The notes: generated by a model not told the origin, from the letters alone. A DNA stretch of 64,000 nucleotides from an uncultured Nitrospiraceae bacterium (GCA_963727805.1 CAVSHF010000003.1:1952001-2016000), one strand, 5' to 3'; shown: positions 43,651-54,568, counted from the first letter of the stretch. Made by a program: numbers and translations.

Positions 43651-43712
43651 GATCCGACAAAAATAGAAAAGCTTGAACGCGGTGAAAGTTACATCAAGCG
43701 TCTGCCTTCATC
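43651..43712 (+). pseudogene. 62-bp fragment of the nucleotide-sugar dehydrogenase gene at a duplication junction
   Basis: GATCCGACAAAAATAGAAAAGCTTGAACGCGGTGAAAGTTACATCAAG.. matches 50864-50925 (DPTKIEKLQRGESYIK). Confidence 0.85.
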
Positions 43713-44106
43713 TAACGCAGTTTATCCCTAGAAAATACCCTATAGATGATAATTTACAATTTTCCCTTAATGTGGTAGTCTTGAAGTATGTTAAACAAAT
43801 GAGTAAACAGAAAAGTTGCCATCAACCTTTAATCTTGAGTGGTTCATAAAAAGTCTAATGATTCGAATATTTTTGTTTTTTAGGGGAAAAATGACTTCAC
43901 CATATGCTCTGCAATCGACTATTTCATATCAAAGCATGGTAAATTGGCTCAGAAATAAAGCGATTTTCACAAGTCGCCGACTTTTTGCGAGGTCGTCAAT
44001 CTTCATTCATCGATTTTTTATTACGCTGCCAATCACCTTACCGGGTAACCCAAGTTGCGTTATTGAGGCACATATTTCAACTAACCCTTAAATGAAGGAG
44101 GATCTT

Positions 44107-47100
44107 GTGACAAGGCGAATTTCTTTAGCTGTTTGGCTGTTGGCAGTTTTTTTAATGGCCTTTGCTAGCCCAGTTCTCACTTATGCCGCCCCCTTTGCGT
44201 ATATCACAGACGCATCAGAAGGGCACGTTTACGTCATTGATTTGTCTAGCAACTCAGTAGTAACTGGGGTTGGTTACCCTATTCCAGTAGGGTCTGCCCC
44301 TATTGGCATAGCGGTGTCCCCTGCGACCAGTCGCGCATACGTGGCTAATTACGGCGACGGTACGGTTTCTGTTATAAATACGTCAACAAATTTAGTGATC
44401 GGTTCGCCGATCCCTGTAGGGTCTGCCCCTCTCGGCATAGCGGTTTCCCCTACGAACGGCCGCGTTTACGTGGCTAATCAGGGCGACAATATAAATCCCA
44501 GTACAGTTTCGGTTATTGATCCGTCAAATAATAATTCTGTAACTCCAATTAATGTGGGGGTTGGCCCCACTGGCGTAGCCATTGACCCTGCAGGCTTTGT
44601 CTATGTAACTAATACAGTCGATCATACAGTCTCGGTTATAGATACCTCAAATACAGTAACTACAATTAATATAGCGGGTATATCACTAACGGCGGCTAAC
44701 CCTTTTGGCATAGCAGTAAACCCTGCCGGCACCCGCGCCTACGTCGCTAACCAGGATAGCTCGGTGACAGTGATTGATATTACTGCTTCTCCCAAGGCCG
44801 TCATGGGTACTATTACTTTGGTGGAGTATGGTGTTCCGCATGGCATAGCAGTAAGCCCTGACGGGAAGACCGTCTATGTGGCAAATAATTCCTCTCATAA
44901 CGTCGCAGTCATTAACGTAGATGGTGATGCTAATACAGAAGGGTCGCCTATTGATGTGGTTCTTGGAAATTCCCCTTATGGCATTCAGGTAAACTCTAAC
45001 GGCAACGTCTATGTATGTGATAGCGCCGGCGGTAACGTCTCGTATATTATAGGTACTACAGTAAGTACAATTAATAGTGTGGGGACTAACCCTCGTGGAT
45101 TCGGTAATTTTATTCAATTGAGCGCGCCTTCGGTCACAACCACAGCGGTTACTGCGATTACCTCCACGACGGCAACAGGTAATGGCACTCTCAATTCAAA
45201 CGGAGGCGCCACGATTACTGGCCAGGGCGTCTGTTACGGTACAGCAGCCAGTCCTGTTTTGGGTGGTACAGGAGTCACCTGCATCACCGGCACTCTTACC
45301 GGCACGGCAATCACGGCCAGCATCTCGGGCCTCACACCTGGCCAGCTCTATCATGTGCAGGCCTATGCGACAAACTCGGTGGGCAGGACTTACGGCGGCG
45401 ACGTGCAGTTTACGGCTTCAGGGCTTGCGCCTTCGGTCACAACTACAGCGGTTACCGCGATTACCTCCACCACGGCAACAGGTAATGGCACCCTAAATTC
45501 AAACGGAGGCGTTACGATTACTGACCAGGGCGTCTGCTACGGTACAGCAGCCAGTCCTGTTTTGGGTGGTACAGGAGTTACCTGCATCACTGGCACTCTT
45601 ACCGGCACGGCAATCGCCGCCGGCATCACGGGCCTGACACCTGGCCAGCTCTATCATGTGCAGGCCTATGCGACAAACTCGGTGGGCAGGACTTATGGCG
45701 GTGACGTGCAGTTTACGGCTTTAACAATCGCGCCTTCGGTCACAACCACAGCGGTCACTTCGATTACCTCCACGACGGCCACAGGTAATGGCACTCTCAA
45801 TTCAAACGGAGGCGCCACGATTACTGACCAGGGCGTCTGTTACGGTACAGCAGCCAATCCTATTTTGGGTGGTACAGGAGTCACCTGCATCTCCGGCACT
45901 CTTACCGGCACGGCAATCGCGGCCGGCATCACGGGCCTGACACCTGGCCAGCTCTATCATGTGCAGGCCTATGCGACAAACTTGGTGGGCAGGACTTATG
46001 GCGGTGACGTGCAGTTTACGGCTTTAACAGTCGCGCCTTCGGTCACAACCACAGCGGTTACTTCGATTACCTCCACAACGGCAACAGGTAATGGCACTCT
46101 CAATTCAAACGGTGGCGCCACGATTACTGACCAGGGCGTCTGTTACGGTACAGCAGCCAATCCTATTTTGGGTGGTACAGGAGTCACCTGCATCTCCGGC
46201 ACTCTTACCGGCACGGCGATCGCGGCCAGCATCACGGGCCTCACACCTGGCCAGCTCTATCATGTGCAGGCCTATGCGACAAACTCGGTGGCCAGGACTT
46301 ATGGCGGTGACGCGCAGTTTACGGCTTCAGCGGTCGCGCCTTCAGTCACAACCACAGCGGTTACTTCGATTACCTCCACAACGGCAACAGGTAATGGCAC
46401 TCTCAATTCAAACGGTGGCGCCACGATTACTGACCAGGGCGTCTGTTACGGTACAGCAGCCAATCCTGTTTTGGGTGGTACAGGAGTCACCTGCATCTCC
46501 GGCACTCTTACCGGCACGGCAATCGCGGCCAGCATCACGGGCCTCACACCTGGCCAGCTCTATCATGTGCAGGCCTATGCGACAAACTCGGTGGCCAGGA
46601 CTTATGGCGGTGACGCGCAGTTTACGGCTTCAGCGGTCGCGCCTTCAGTCACAACCACAGCGGTTACTTCGATTACCTCCACAACGGCAACAGGTAATGG
46701 CACTCTCAATTCAAACGGTGGCGCCACGATTACTGACCAGGGCGTCTGTTACGGTACGGCAGCCAATCCTATTTTGGGTGGTACAGGAGTTACCTGCATC
46801 TCCGGCACTCTTACCGGCACGGCAATCGCGGCCAGCATCACGGGCCTCACACCTGGCCAGCTCTATCATGTGCAGGCCTATGCGACAAACTCGGTGGCCA
46901 GGACTTATGGCGGTGACGCGCAGTTTACGACTTTAACAGTGCCTTCGGTCACAACCACAGCGGTTACTTCGATTACCTCCACGACGGCAACAGGTAATGG
47001 CACTCTCAATTCAAACGGTGGCGCCACGATTACTGACCAGGGCGTCTGTTACGGTACAGCAGCCAATCCTGTTTTGGGTGGTACAGGAGTCACCTGCATC

Positions 47101-49935
47101 TCCGGCACTCTTACCGGCACGGCAATCGCGGCCAGCATCACGGGCCTCACACCTGGCCAGCTCTATCATGTGCAGGCCTATGCGACAAACTCGGTGGGCA
47201 AGACTTATGGCGGTGACGTGCAGTTTACGGCTTTAACAGCCGCGCCTTCGGTCACAACCACAGCGGTTACTTCGATTACCTCCACGACGGCAACAGGTAA
47301 TGGCACTCTCAATTCAAACGGAGGCGCCACGATTACTGACCAGGGCGTCTGTTACGGTACAGCAGCCAATCCTATTTTGGGTGGTACAGGAGTCACCTGC
47401 ATCTCCGGCACTCTCACCGGCACGGCAATCGCGGCCAGCATCACGGGCCTCACACCTGGCCAGCTCTATCATGTGCAGGCCTATGCGACAAACTCGGTGG
47501 GCAGGACTTATGGCGGTGACGCGCAGTTTACGGCTTTAGCGGTTGCGCCTTCAGTCACAACCACAGCGGTTACTTCGATTACCTCCACAACGGCAACAGG
47601 TAATGGCACTCTCAATTCAAACGGAGGCGCCACGATTACTGACCAGGGCGTCTGTTACGGTACAGCAGCCAATCCTGTTTTGGGTGGTACAGGAGTCACC
47701 TGCATCACCGGCACTCTTACCGGCACGGCAATCGCGGCCAGCATCACAGGCCTCACACCTGGCCAGCTCTATCATGTGCAGGCCTATGCGACAAACTCGG
47801 TGGGCAGGACTTATGGCGGTGACGCGCAGTTTACGACTTTAACAGCTGCGCCTTCAGTCACCACCACACCGGTTACTTCGATTACCTCCACAACGGCAAC
47901 AGGTAATGGCACTCTCAATTCAAACGGAGGCGCCACGATTACTGACCAGGGCGTCTGTTACGGTACAGCAGCCAATCCTGTTTTGGGTGGTACAGGAGTC
48001 ACCTGCATCACCGGCACTCTTACCGGCACAGCAATCGCGGCCAGCATCACGGGCCTCACACCTGGCCAGCTCTATCATGTGCAGGCCTATGCGACAAACT
48101 CGGTGGGCAGGACTTATGGCGGTGACGCGCAGTTTACGACTTTAACAGTGCCTTCGGTCACCACCACACCGGTTACTTCGATTACCTCCACAACGGCAAC
48201 AGGTAATGGCACTCTCAATTCAAACGGTGGCGCCACGATTACTGACCAGGGCGTCTGTTACGGTACAGCAGCCAATCCTGTTTTGGGTGGTTCAGGAGTT
48301 ACCTGCATCCCGGGCACTCTTACCGGCACGGCAATCGCGGCCAGCATCACAGGCCTGACACCTGGCCAGCTCTATCATGTGCAGGCCTATGCGACAAACT
48401 CGGTGGGCAGGACTTATGGCGGTGACGTGCAGTTTACGACTTTAACAGTGCCTTCTGTCACCACCACACCGGTTACTTCGATTACCTCCACAACGGCAAC
48501 AGGTAATGGCACTCTCAATTCAAACGGAGGCGCCACGATTACTGACCAGGGCGTCTGTTACGGTACAGCAGCCAATCCTGTTTTGGGTGGTTCAGGAGTT
48601 ACCTGCATCTCCGGCACTCTTACCGGCACGGCGATCGCGGCCAGCATCACGGGCCTCACACCTGGCCAGCTCTATCATGTGCAGGCCTATGCGACAAACT
48701 CGGTGGGCAGGACTTATGGCGGTGACGTGCAGGTTACGACTTTAAACTCGCCTGCGGTCACCACCACGGCGGTTACTTCGATCCACCGCACGTCTGCAAC
48801 ATTAAATGGCAACGTAACGTCAGCCGGAGGTGCTACAGTTAGTGCCAGGGGAGTCTGTTACAGTACAGCAGCTAATCCTGTTTTGGGTGGTTCAGGAGTT
48901 ACCTGCATCGCCGCTAGCACTGGTGGTACCGGCACTTTTAACATCAACATTACGGGCCTGACTTCGCACCAAACTTATCATGTGCAGGCCTATGCCACCA
49001 ACTCGGTGGGCACGTCTTATGGCGGGGACGTGTCGTTTACAGCGATAAGCGTGGTCGAGATCGGCGTTTTCAGAGGTGGCAACTGGTATCTTGACTACTC
49101 CGGGACGTACCTTGCGACGGGCACATGGGCTGGCTGCGGTGCGCCTGCGGATCCGACGAAGGCTGCATGCATACCTTTTGGAACAGCCGGCGACATCCAG
49201 ACAGTCGGTGACTGGAATGGTGACAGCCAAAGCAAGATCGGCGTTTTCAGAGGTGGCAACTGGTATCTTGACTACTCCGGGACGTATCTTGCTACGGGCA
49301 CTTGGGCTGGCTGCGGTGCGCCTGCGGATCCGACGAAGGCTGCATGCATACCTTTTGGAACGGCCGGCGACATCCCGGCAATCGGTGACTGGAACGGAGA
49401 CGGCAAAAGCAAGATCGGCGTTTTCAGAAACGGTATGTGGTATCTTGACTACTCTGGGACGTACCTTGCCACGGGCACATGGGCTGGCTGCGGTGCGCCT
49501 GCGGATCCGACGAAGGCTGCATGCATACCTTTTGGAACGGCCGGCGACATCCCGGCAATCGGTGACTGGAACGGAGACGGCAAAAGCAAGATCGGCGTTT
49601 TCAGAAACGGTATGTGGTATCTTGACTACTCTGGGACGTACCTTGCCACGGGCACATGGGCTGGCTGCGGTGCGCCTGCGGATCCGACGAAGGCTGCATG
49701 CATACCTTTTGGAACGGCCGGCGACATCCCGGCAATCGGTGACTGGAACGGAGGCGGCAAAAGCAAGATCGGCGTTTTCAGAAACGGTATGTGGTATCTT
49801 GACTACTCTGGGACGTACCTTGCGACGGGTACATGGGCTGGCTGCGGTGCGCCTACGGATCCGACGAAGGCTGCATGCATACCTTTTGGAACTACCGGCG
49901 ACATCCCGGTAGTCGGCGACTGGAATGGTCAATAG
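44107..49935 (+). CDS. giant secreted adhesin-like protein: YVTN propeller + 13 FN3-like repeats + five FG-GAP-like repeats
   Basis: GTG 44107 after AGGAGG by analogy with the paralog; almost identical signal peptide; 100/101-aa PSVTT..TATGNG..GVCYGT..GLTPGQLYHVQAYATNSVG..YG repeats; five 59-aa C-terminal repeats. Confidence 0.88.
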   Translation: MTRRISLAVWLLAVFLMAFASPVLTYAAPFAYITDASEGHVYVIDLSSNSVVTGVGYPIPVGSAPIGIAVSPATSRAYVANYGDGTVSVINTSTNLVIGSPIPVGSAPLGIAVSPTNGRVYVANQGDNINPSTVSVIDPSNNNSVTPINVGVGPTGVAIDPAGFVYVTNTVDHTVSVIDTSNTVTTINIAGISLTAANPFGIAVNPAGTRAYVANQDSSVTVIDITASPKAVMGTITLVEYGVPHGIAVSPDGKTVYVANNSSHNVAVINVDGDANTEGSPIDVVLGNSPYGIQVNSNGNVYVCDSAGGNVSYIIGTTVSTINSVGTNPRGFGNFIQLSAPSVTTTAVTAITSTTATGNGTLNSNGGATITGQGVCYGTAASPVLGGTGVTCITGTLTGTAITASISGLTPGQLYHVQAYATNSVGRTYGGDVQFTASGLAPSVTTTAVTAITSTTATGNGTLNSNGGVTITDQGVCYGTAASPVLGGTGVTCITGTLTGTAIAAGITGLTPGQLYHVQAYATNSVGRTYGGDVQFTALTIAPSVTTTAVTSITSTTATGNGTLNSNGGATITDQGVCYGTAANPILGGTGVTCISGTLTGTAIAAGITGLTPGQLYHVQAYATNLVGRTYGGDVQFTALTVAPSVTTTAVTSITSTTATGNGTLNSNGGATITDQGVCYGTAANPILGGTGVTCISGTLTGTAIAASITGLTPGQLYHVQAYATNSVARTYGGDAQFTASAVAPSVTTTAVTSITSTTATGNGTLNSNGGATITDQGVCYGTAANPVLGGTGVTCISGTLTGTAIAASITGLTPGQLYHVQAYATNSVARTYGGDAQFTASAVAPSVTTTAVTSITSTTATGNGTLNSNGGATITDQGVCYGTAANPILGGTGVTCISGTLTGTAIAASITGLTPGQLYHVQAYATNSVARTYGGDAQFTTLTVPSVTTTAVTSITSTTATGNGTLNSNGGATITDQGVCYGTAANPVLGGTGVTCISGTLTGTAIAASITGLTPGQLYHVQAYATNSVGKTYGGDVQFTALTAAPSVTTTAVTSITSTTATGNGTLNSNGGATITDQGVCYGTAANPILGGTGVTCISGTLTGTAIAASITGLTPGQLYHVQAYATNSVGRTYGGDAQFTALAVAPSVTTTAVTSITSTTATGNGTLNSNGGATITDQGVCYGTAANPVLGGTGVTCITGTLTGTAIAASITGLTPGQLYHVQAYATNSVGRTYGGDAQFTTLTAAPSVTTTPVTSITSTTATGNGTLNSNGGATITDQGVCYGTAANPVLGGTGVTCITGTLTGTAIAASITGLTPGQLYHVQAYATNSVGRTYGGDAQFTTLTVPSVTTTPVTSITSTTATGNGTLNSNGGATITDQGVCYGTAANPVLGGSGVTCIPGTLTGTAIAASITGLTPGQLYHVQAYATNSVGRTYGGDVQFTTLTVPSVTTTPVTSITSTTATGNGTLNSNGGATITDQGVCYGTAANPVLGGSGVTCISGTLTGTAIAASITGLTPGQLYHVQAYATNSVGRTYGGDVQVTTLNSPAVTTTAVTSIHRTSATLNGNVTSAGGATVSARGVCYSTAANPVLGGSGVTCIAASTGGTGTFNINITGLTSHQTYHVQAYATNSVGTSYGGDVSFTAISVVEIGVFRGGNWYLDYSGTYLATGTWAGCGAPADPTKAACIPFGTAGDIQTVGDWNGDSQSKIGVFRGGNWYLDYSGTYLATGTWAGCGAPADPTKAACIPFGTAGDIPAIGDWNGDGKSKIGVFRNGMWYLDYSGTYLATGTWAGCGAPADPTKAACIPFGTAGDIPAIGDWNGDGKSKIGVFRNGMWYLDYSGTYLATGTWAGCGAPADPTKAACIPFGTAGDIPAIGDWNGGGKSKIGVFRNGMWYLDYSGTYLATGTWAGCGAPTDPTKAACIPFGTTGDIPVVGDWNGQ
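45124..49047 (+). repeat. 13 coding tandem repeats of 300/303 bp (12 near-identical, last divergent)
   Basis: Unit starts at 45124, 45427, 45730, 46033, 46336, 46639, 46939, 47242, 47545, 47848, 48148, 48448, 48748. Confidence 0.95.
49060..49932 (+). repeat. five near-identical 177-bp coding repeats
   Basis: IGVFR.G.WYLDYSGTYLATGTWAGCGAPADPTKAACIPFGTAGDI..GDWNG at 49060, 49237, 49414, 49591, 49768. Confidence 0.95.
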
Positions 49936-50047
49936 GTATGTTCTTCAACGGTACTGTTGCCTCGACATGAAATGTCGGCGGAGTTTAGAATGATGCAACG
50001 GCAGATAAAATGATATCTGACATTTAGTCTGAGTGGCGTTTAGTAGT

Positions 50048-50095
50048 TCACTCCTAAAGAGAGGTGATATCGTGTCAGCCTCTCTTTAGGAGTGA
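50048..50095 (+). terminator. 17-bp perfect inverted repeat with 14-nt loop (paralog of 43402-43449)
   Basis: TCACTCCTAAAGAGAGG-TGATATCGTGTCAG-CCTCTCTTTAGGAGTGA. Confidence 0.65.
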
Positions 50096-50343
50096 GAATA
50101 TCTTTAGCCTCTGGGGTGTTGATCAAGCCAATGACCTTATAACGAACCCGGGGGACAACCAACCAATTAGAATTTACGTTGGAAATCCTCATCGGGCTAT
50201 GAACCCGAGATGAAAGCCGTTCCGTTTATTGGAGAATTATCGTAAAAACCGTCACTTCAGGATAGTGATATAAGGCTTGAAAAATATAAGGCGTTTCGGT
50301 TGACTTTTAGATCCGACGGGGCTATACGACTATATATATATAT

Positions 50344-50565
50344 ATGCTAGTGCGTAAGGCTTACAGAATCAGTCTTAATACCAGCTCGACAGGCGAACCA
50401 TTGTCCCAACAGTTTGCGGGCTGAAACCGTTTCATCTGAAACAAAGCACTTGCCCTTCGGAAGGAACGACTTGATGTCGGACTGAGTCGTCTCAGCGCCA
50501 ATAAGCTTGCAGCCATGTTGGTAGAATGGAAGATTGAGTACCCGTTCCTTTCGATTTCACCGTCA
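50344..50565 (+). pseudogene. tnpB: IS200/IS605-family tnpB N-terminal remnant
   Basis: MLVRKAYRISL...QQFAG*NRFI*NKALALRKERLD...LSANKLAAMLVEWKIEYPFL; OrfB HTH-like, two in-frame TGA, truncated. Confidence 0.7.
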
Positions 50566-50737
50566 TCGTATCAGGAGAAAGTGATCACTGGTGTGTCTCG
50601 ACTCGGGTAGAGATAGAAATTGCATCTCCAGTATATCCATCTGCAATGTAGGCGTCACTAAGCTGATAGCTAGAGAATGTAACGAATCCAGCCATCACAA
50701 TACAATACTAGTAAGAAAATAATTATCGGAGGATAGT

Positions 50738-52042
50738 ATGACTTTGTTAGAAAAGATTGAATCTCGGGATGCTGCAGTCGGCATTATCGGTCTCGGATAT
50801 GTAGGTCTTCCTCTTGTCTTCGAATTTTGTCGTGCTCAGTTTTCTGTGAGCGGCTTCGACATAGATCCGACAAAAATAGAAAAGCTTCAACGCGGTGAAA
50901 GTTACATCAAGCATCTTCCTTCATCGCTGGTTGCAGAAGCATCCGTAAGATTCAAAGCCACGACGGACTTTGCACAACTTGCGTCCATGGACTGTATCAT
51001 CATTTGCGTTCCAACACCATTGAACAAATACCGGGAACCCGACCTTTCCTATGTAATGAACACTACGAAAGCGATTGCAAACACTCTTAGAAAGGGACAG
51101 CTTATCGTCTTGGAATCTACAACTTATCCCGGTACCACAGATGTTGACATGCGGACAATCCTTGAAGCGACTGGCCTGAAAGCAGGTGTTGATTTCCATC
51201 TCGCCTTCTCACCCGAACGCGAAGACCCGAATAATCCGCAATTTTCGACACGCACTATTCCGAAGGTTGTGGGCGGCTACACTCCTCAGTGCCTGAATGT
51301 TGCTAAAGCCCTGTACGACAGCGTGGTGGATCGGACAGTCCCTGTTTCGTCAACGAGAGCGGCCGAGGCGACTAAACTTGTTGAGAATATTTACAGAGCG
51401 GTAAATATAGCACTGGTGAACGAGTTGAAGATGTGCTTCGACCGGATGGCAATCGACATCTGGGAAGTAATCGACGCCGCTAAAACAAAGCCTTTCGGGT
51501 TCCAGGCATTCTATCCAGGCCCGGGCCTGGGCGGACATTGCATACCGATTGACCCATTCTATCTGACCTGGAAAGCCCGTGAGTACGAGTTCACCACCAA
51601 GTTTATCGAACTCGCAGGTGAGATCAACACGTCGATGCCTTATTATGTAGTAGAAAAAACCCTGATGGCGCTGAATGAAACAGGAAAGAGCATCAATGGC
51701 GCGCGAGTGCTGATTATGGGACTCTCTTATAAGAAAGACATCGACGATATCCGTGAATCTCCATCTCTCAAGATTATAGAGCTTCTAAAAGCCCGTAAGG
51801 CCGTTGTGGATTACAACGACCCGTTCATACCAGCGACTCACAAGATGAGGAAGTACGATATCAACATGAAATCCATTCCATTGACGCCGGAGACCGTCAG
51901 GAGTTATGACTGTGTGATCATTGTAACGGACCATTCCTCTTACGATCCTCATTTTATTCTAGAACATGCGCAGCTCGTAGTAGATACCCGAAATCTTATC
52001 AAAAGAGAAATCGACAAGGAAGGGAAGGTAGTCCGAGCCTGA
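50738..52042 (+). CDS. nucleotide-sugar 6-dehydrogenase (WbpA/WecC-like UDP-GlcNAc dehydrogenase)
   Basis: IIGLGYVGLPL, ICVPTPL, LESTTYPGTT, SPEREDP, KLVENIYRAVNIALVNE, PGPGLGGHCIPIDP, RESP. Confidence 0.93.
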   Translation: MTLLEKIESRDAAVGIIGLGYVGLPLVFEFCRAQFSVSGFDIDPTKIEKLQRGESYIKHLPSSLVAEASVRFKATTDFAQLASMDCIIICVPTPLNKYREPDLSYVMNTTKAIANTLRKGQLIVLESTTYPGTTDVDMRTILEATGLKAGVDFHLAFSPEREDPNNPQFSTRTIPKVVGGYTPQCLNVAKALYDSVVDRTVPVSSTRAAEATKLVENIYRAVNIALVNELKMCFDRMAIDIWEVIDAAKTKPFGFQAFYPGPGLGGHCIPIDPFYLTWKAREYEFTTKFIELAGEINTSMPYYVVEKTLMALNETGKSINGARVLIMGLSYKKDIDDIRESPSLKIIELLKARKAVVDYNDPFIPATHKMRKYDINMKSIPLTPETVRSYDCVIIVTDHSSYDPHFILEHAQLVVDTRNLIKREIDKEGKVVRA

Positions 52043-52362
52043 AACAGGTTACAGTAAGCGCTTGCTTGGAGGAGCTGACTCTAAGCTAATAAATGCTGAT
52101 CAATGATTCTATCAACTGGCACGAACAGGCAAAGCAGATACAGTAGCATGAAAAACTATAACCTGTATGAGGCCTCCAGAAGATGCGGATACGAACGCTG
52201 CAAAGAATATTCGAAGGGACGAACTCTCCTTGTTAGACTATCGAGAGATGGCCGAATTAGACGCTCTGCGAAGCAGTAGGTAAGGTCTCAGTTTGCAGCT
52301 AGATCTGCGATACTCGGCGAGAGGTGGAGAATATAAAGTGATCGGTATCATCAGAGGGATAA

Positions 52363-52569
<207 letters not shown>

Positions 52570-52663
52570 TGACGTTCATCTGTTATGATTCCACAAAACA
52601 GATGGCAACACAACAACTCTCATCTTGACATTAAGAGAGCTGTTATGCCGCAGTTTTGCCCTT

Positions 52664-53851
52664 CTAGAAATTTGCCTGCTTTGATAGTTTGAGACCGGCC
52701 GTTACGATGTTGTTGATATAACTGCCCACATGATTCTCTTCGTTGTCCGAATTTACGTAGGAATACGAAATAAAGAGGTCCGCCCATCGAAAAAGCTTGT
52801 ACGAAATCTTGACATTACCCCCCATATCATCCCTTTTCTGGTCGGGCCCGGTATTATTTACGGCTCTGTAATGCCCGTACCAAGCAGAAATGGCGGTATT
52901 TATGGCAGCAGTCACATCTCTGTTATAGTTCACTGTGATCACTTCTTGTCTCACTGGAGCAGCGGTCTCAAGTCCGGAAATAACGCTGTTTATATAAGAC
53001 AAGCTAGCATAGCCCTTTTCAAATGTCTTTGTGACAATGAAGTTCCCGATAAAGTATGTATCATTTTTTGATGTCAGTTCGATCTCTTGTATGTCTATTC
53101 CTGCAGCTGCATCGACACTAAGTGTAGGTGTGAACTTGTGGTGCGCTCCTATGGTGAACTGCTGCTCGTAAACATTGCCGCTGATGGAATACACATAAGC
53201 GTCAAATTCAGCTTTTGCATTCAGAGTAGTCATTCCGCTAAGGAGATAGCTGGCACCCATAGCCCCGGTGTATGTCGTGATATCACTGAAGCCAGGTTGA
53301 GAATTATCGGCAATCGTATAAATCAAAGAGGGCTGCAATGTCAGTTTTTCGGAAATCCTATAGTCGACATTTGCGTTTAGGGTATTCATCGTTATTGTAT
53401 TCTGTGTTGAGACCAACGGTCCCACCGTTATTGTATTCTGTGTTGAGCCCGACGGTCCCACCGTTTCTAAATTCCTTATTGCAACCAAATCCTTTGTTTT
53501 CAAAAAGACATCGGAGATTCCGGCAGAAAGACTATCCGTCAGCTTGAAGAGGCCTCGAGCGGTGGCTGATTCAGTGGTGGTGTTCTCTTGGTGCTGTGTG
53601 CTGTAATAACTAAACGATGGAGAGTACTTAACCATAACATCTGATTTTTCCGTCTTCGTGGAGAGCGTGACCTCAGGGTTGACTTCCGTAATATAGTCGG
53701 AGGTTTTGTCTCTGTGCGTAAGGAATATATTGTCATTGTATTGTTCGAATAAAGACAGCGAGAGGTCGGCCTTGTAGTCAAGGGCAAAAGCTGTACCCGA
53801 CACCGTAAGCACTACGGCAACAAACAATGAACTGATAGATAATAATTTCAT
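52664..53851 (-). CDS. outer-membrane beta-barrel protein of polysaccharide-export loci (BBP2-like)
   Basis: Signal peptide (AFA), EQYNDNIFL...SDYIT..P motif, amphipathic strands, C-terminal Phe. Confidence 0.75.
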   Translation of the reverse strand: MKLLSISSLFVAVVLTVSGTAFALDYKADLSLSLFEQYNDNIFLTHRDKTSDYITEVNPEVTLSTKTEKSDVMVKYSPSFSYYSTQHQENTTTESATARGLFKLTDSLSAGISDVFLKTKDLVAIRNLETVGPSGSTQNTITVGPLVSTQNTITMNTLNANVDYRISEKLTLQPSLIYTIADNSQPGFSDITTYTGAMGASYLLSGMTTLNAKAEFDAYVYSISGNVYEQQFTIGAHHKFTPTLSVDAAAGIDIQEIELTSKNDTYFIGNFIVTKTFEKGYASLSYINSVISGLETAAPVRQEVITVNYNRDVTAAINTAISAWYGHYRAVNNTGPDQKRDDMGGNVKISYKLFRWADLFISYSYVNSDNEENHVGSYINNIVTAGLKLSKQANF

Positions 53852-54109
53852 GATTTTTCCTTTCGTTCATTTGATAAAGCTATTTTTTTAGTATTTAACA
53901 GAGTTTCATGAATAGTGTAGTGCAGTCGTGGCATCAAGTCAAGGAAAATTACTGGAATGTCATGAATAGTTGGAGTTTCCTGAGTTTTCATCCGAACTCG
54001 AAGGTGAATTGAAAGTCATCGCTGCTAGCGGCCGACAATCCCCGCAATGCTGTCTTATCTGGGAACAGCAGATTGTATATCCCATCGGCTATTGCATAAT
54101 TGAAGAAAC

Positions 54110-54270
54110 TCGACACTACTAATGAATAGTTTGGACACCACAAAAACACGCTCAACCAGCAATCGAAGCTTTATGTTCTGCCCAAGATACACCGCTGCAA
54201 AGTACGAAATGGCAACGACCGGCACCACGACATTTCTTATGCTGATATAGCTTCTTCCAAGAGTTCCGCC
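54110..54270 (-). mobile_element. IS4-like transposase C-terminal remnant
   Basis: RSYISIRNVVVPVVAISYFAAVYLGQNIKLRLLVERVF resembles C-termini of IS4-superfamily transposases (from recall). Confidence 0.4.
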
Positions 54271-54307
54271 AATAATAACGCCATAATTCACGCGAAGTAT
54301 TGCTGGA

Positions 54308-54568
54308 GTGGCAAGGACGGCGATTACGAAGTTGACTCGATACGTCTGTAAAAAATGGGGGGACTTTTTATGGCCTTCAAAAGTGGCAAGGCGACTTGTA
54401 CGGAAGATGGTGTATGGGATACAGGCCAGCCAGTCGGTTGTGCTGACAAAAGTCGCCAGGACGTTAGAAGAGCAGACTGCTATAAAGAAAGTTCAGAGAC
54501 GACTGTCGTGGCAACTGTTACGTAAAGTGGGTCATCGCGTAATCATGCCAGATTTCTTATGCCTATGA
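54308..54568 (+). mobile_element. IS4-like transposase N-terminal remnant
   Basis: KVARRLVRKMVYGIQASQSVVLTKVARTLEEQTAIKKVQRRLSWQL resembles transposase N-terminal DNA-binding regions; truncated. Confidence 0.5.

Noticed and set aside
40400..49932. Repeat arrays as CRISPR or DGR template/variable repeats
   Set aside because: They are contiguous in-frame coding repeats without spacers; no adenine-specific variation was evident, and there is no RT or cas gene in the window.
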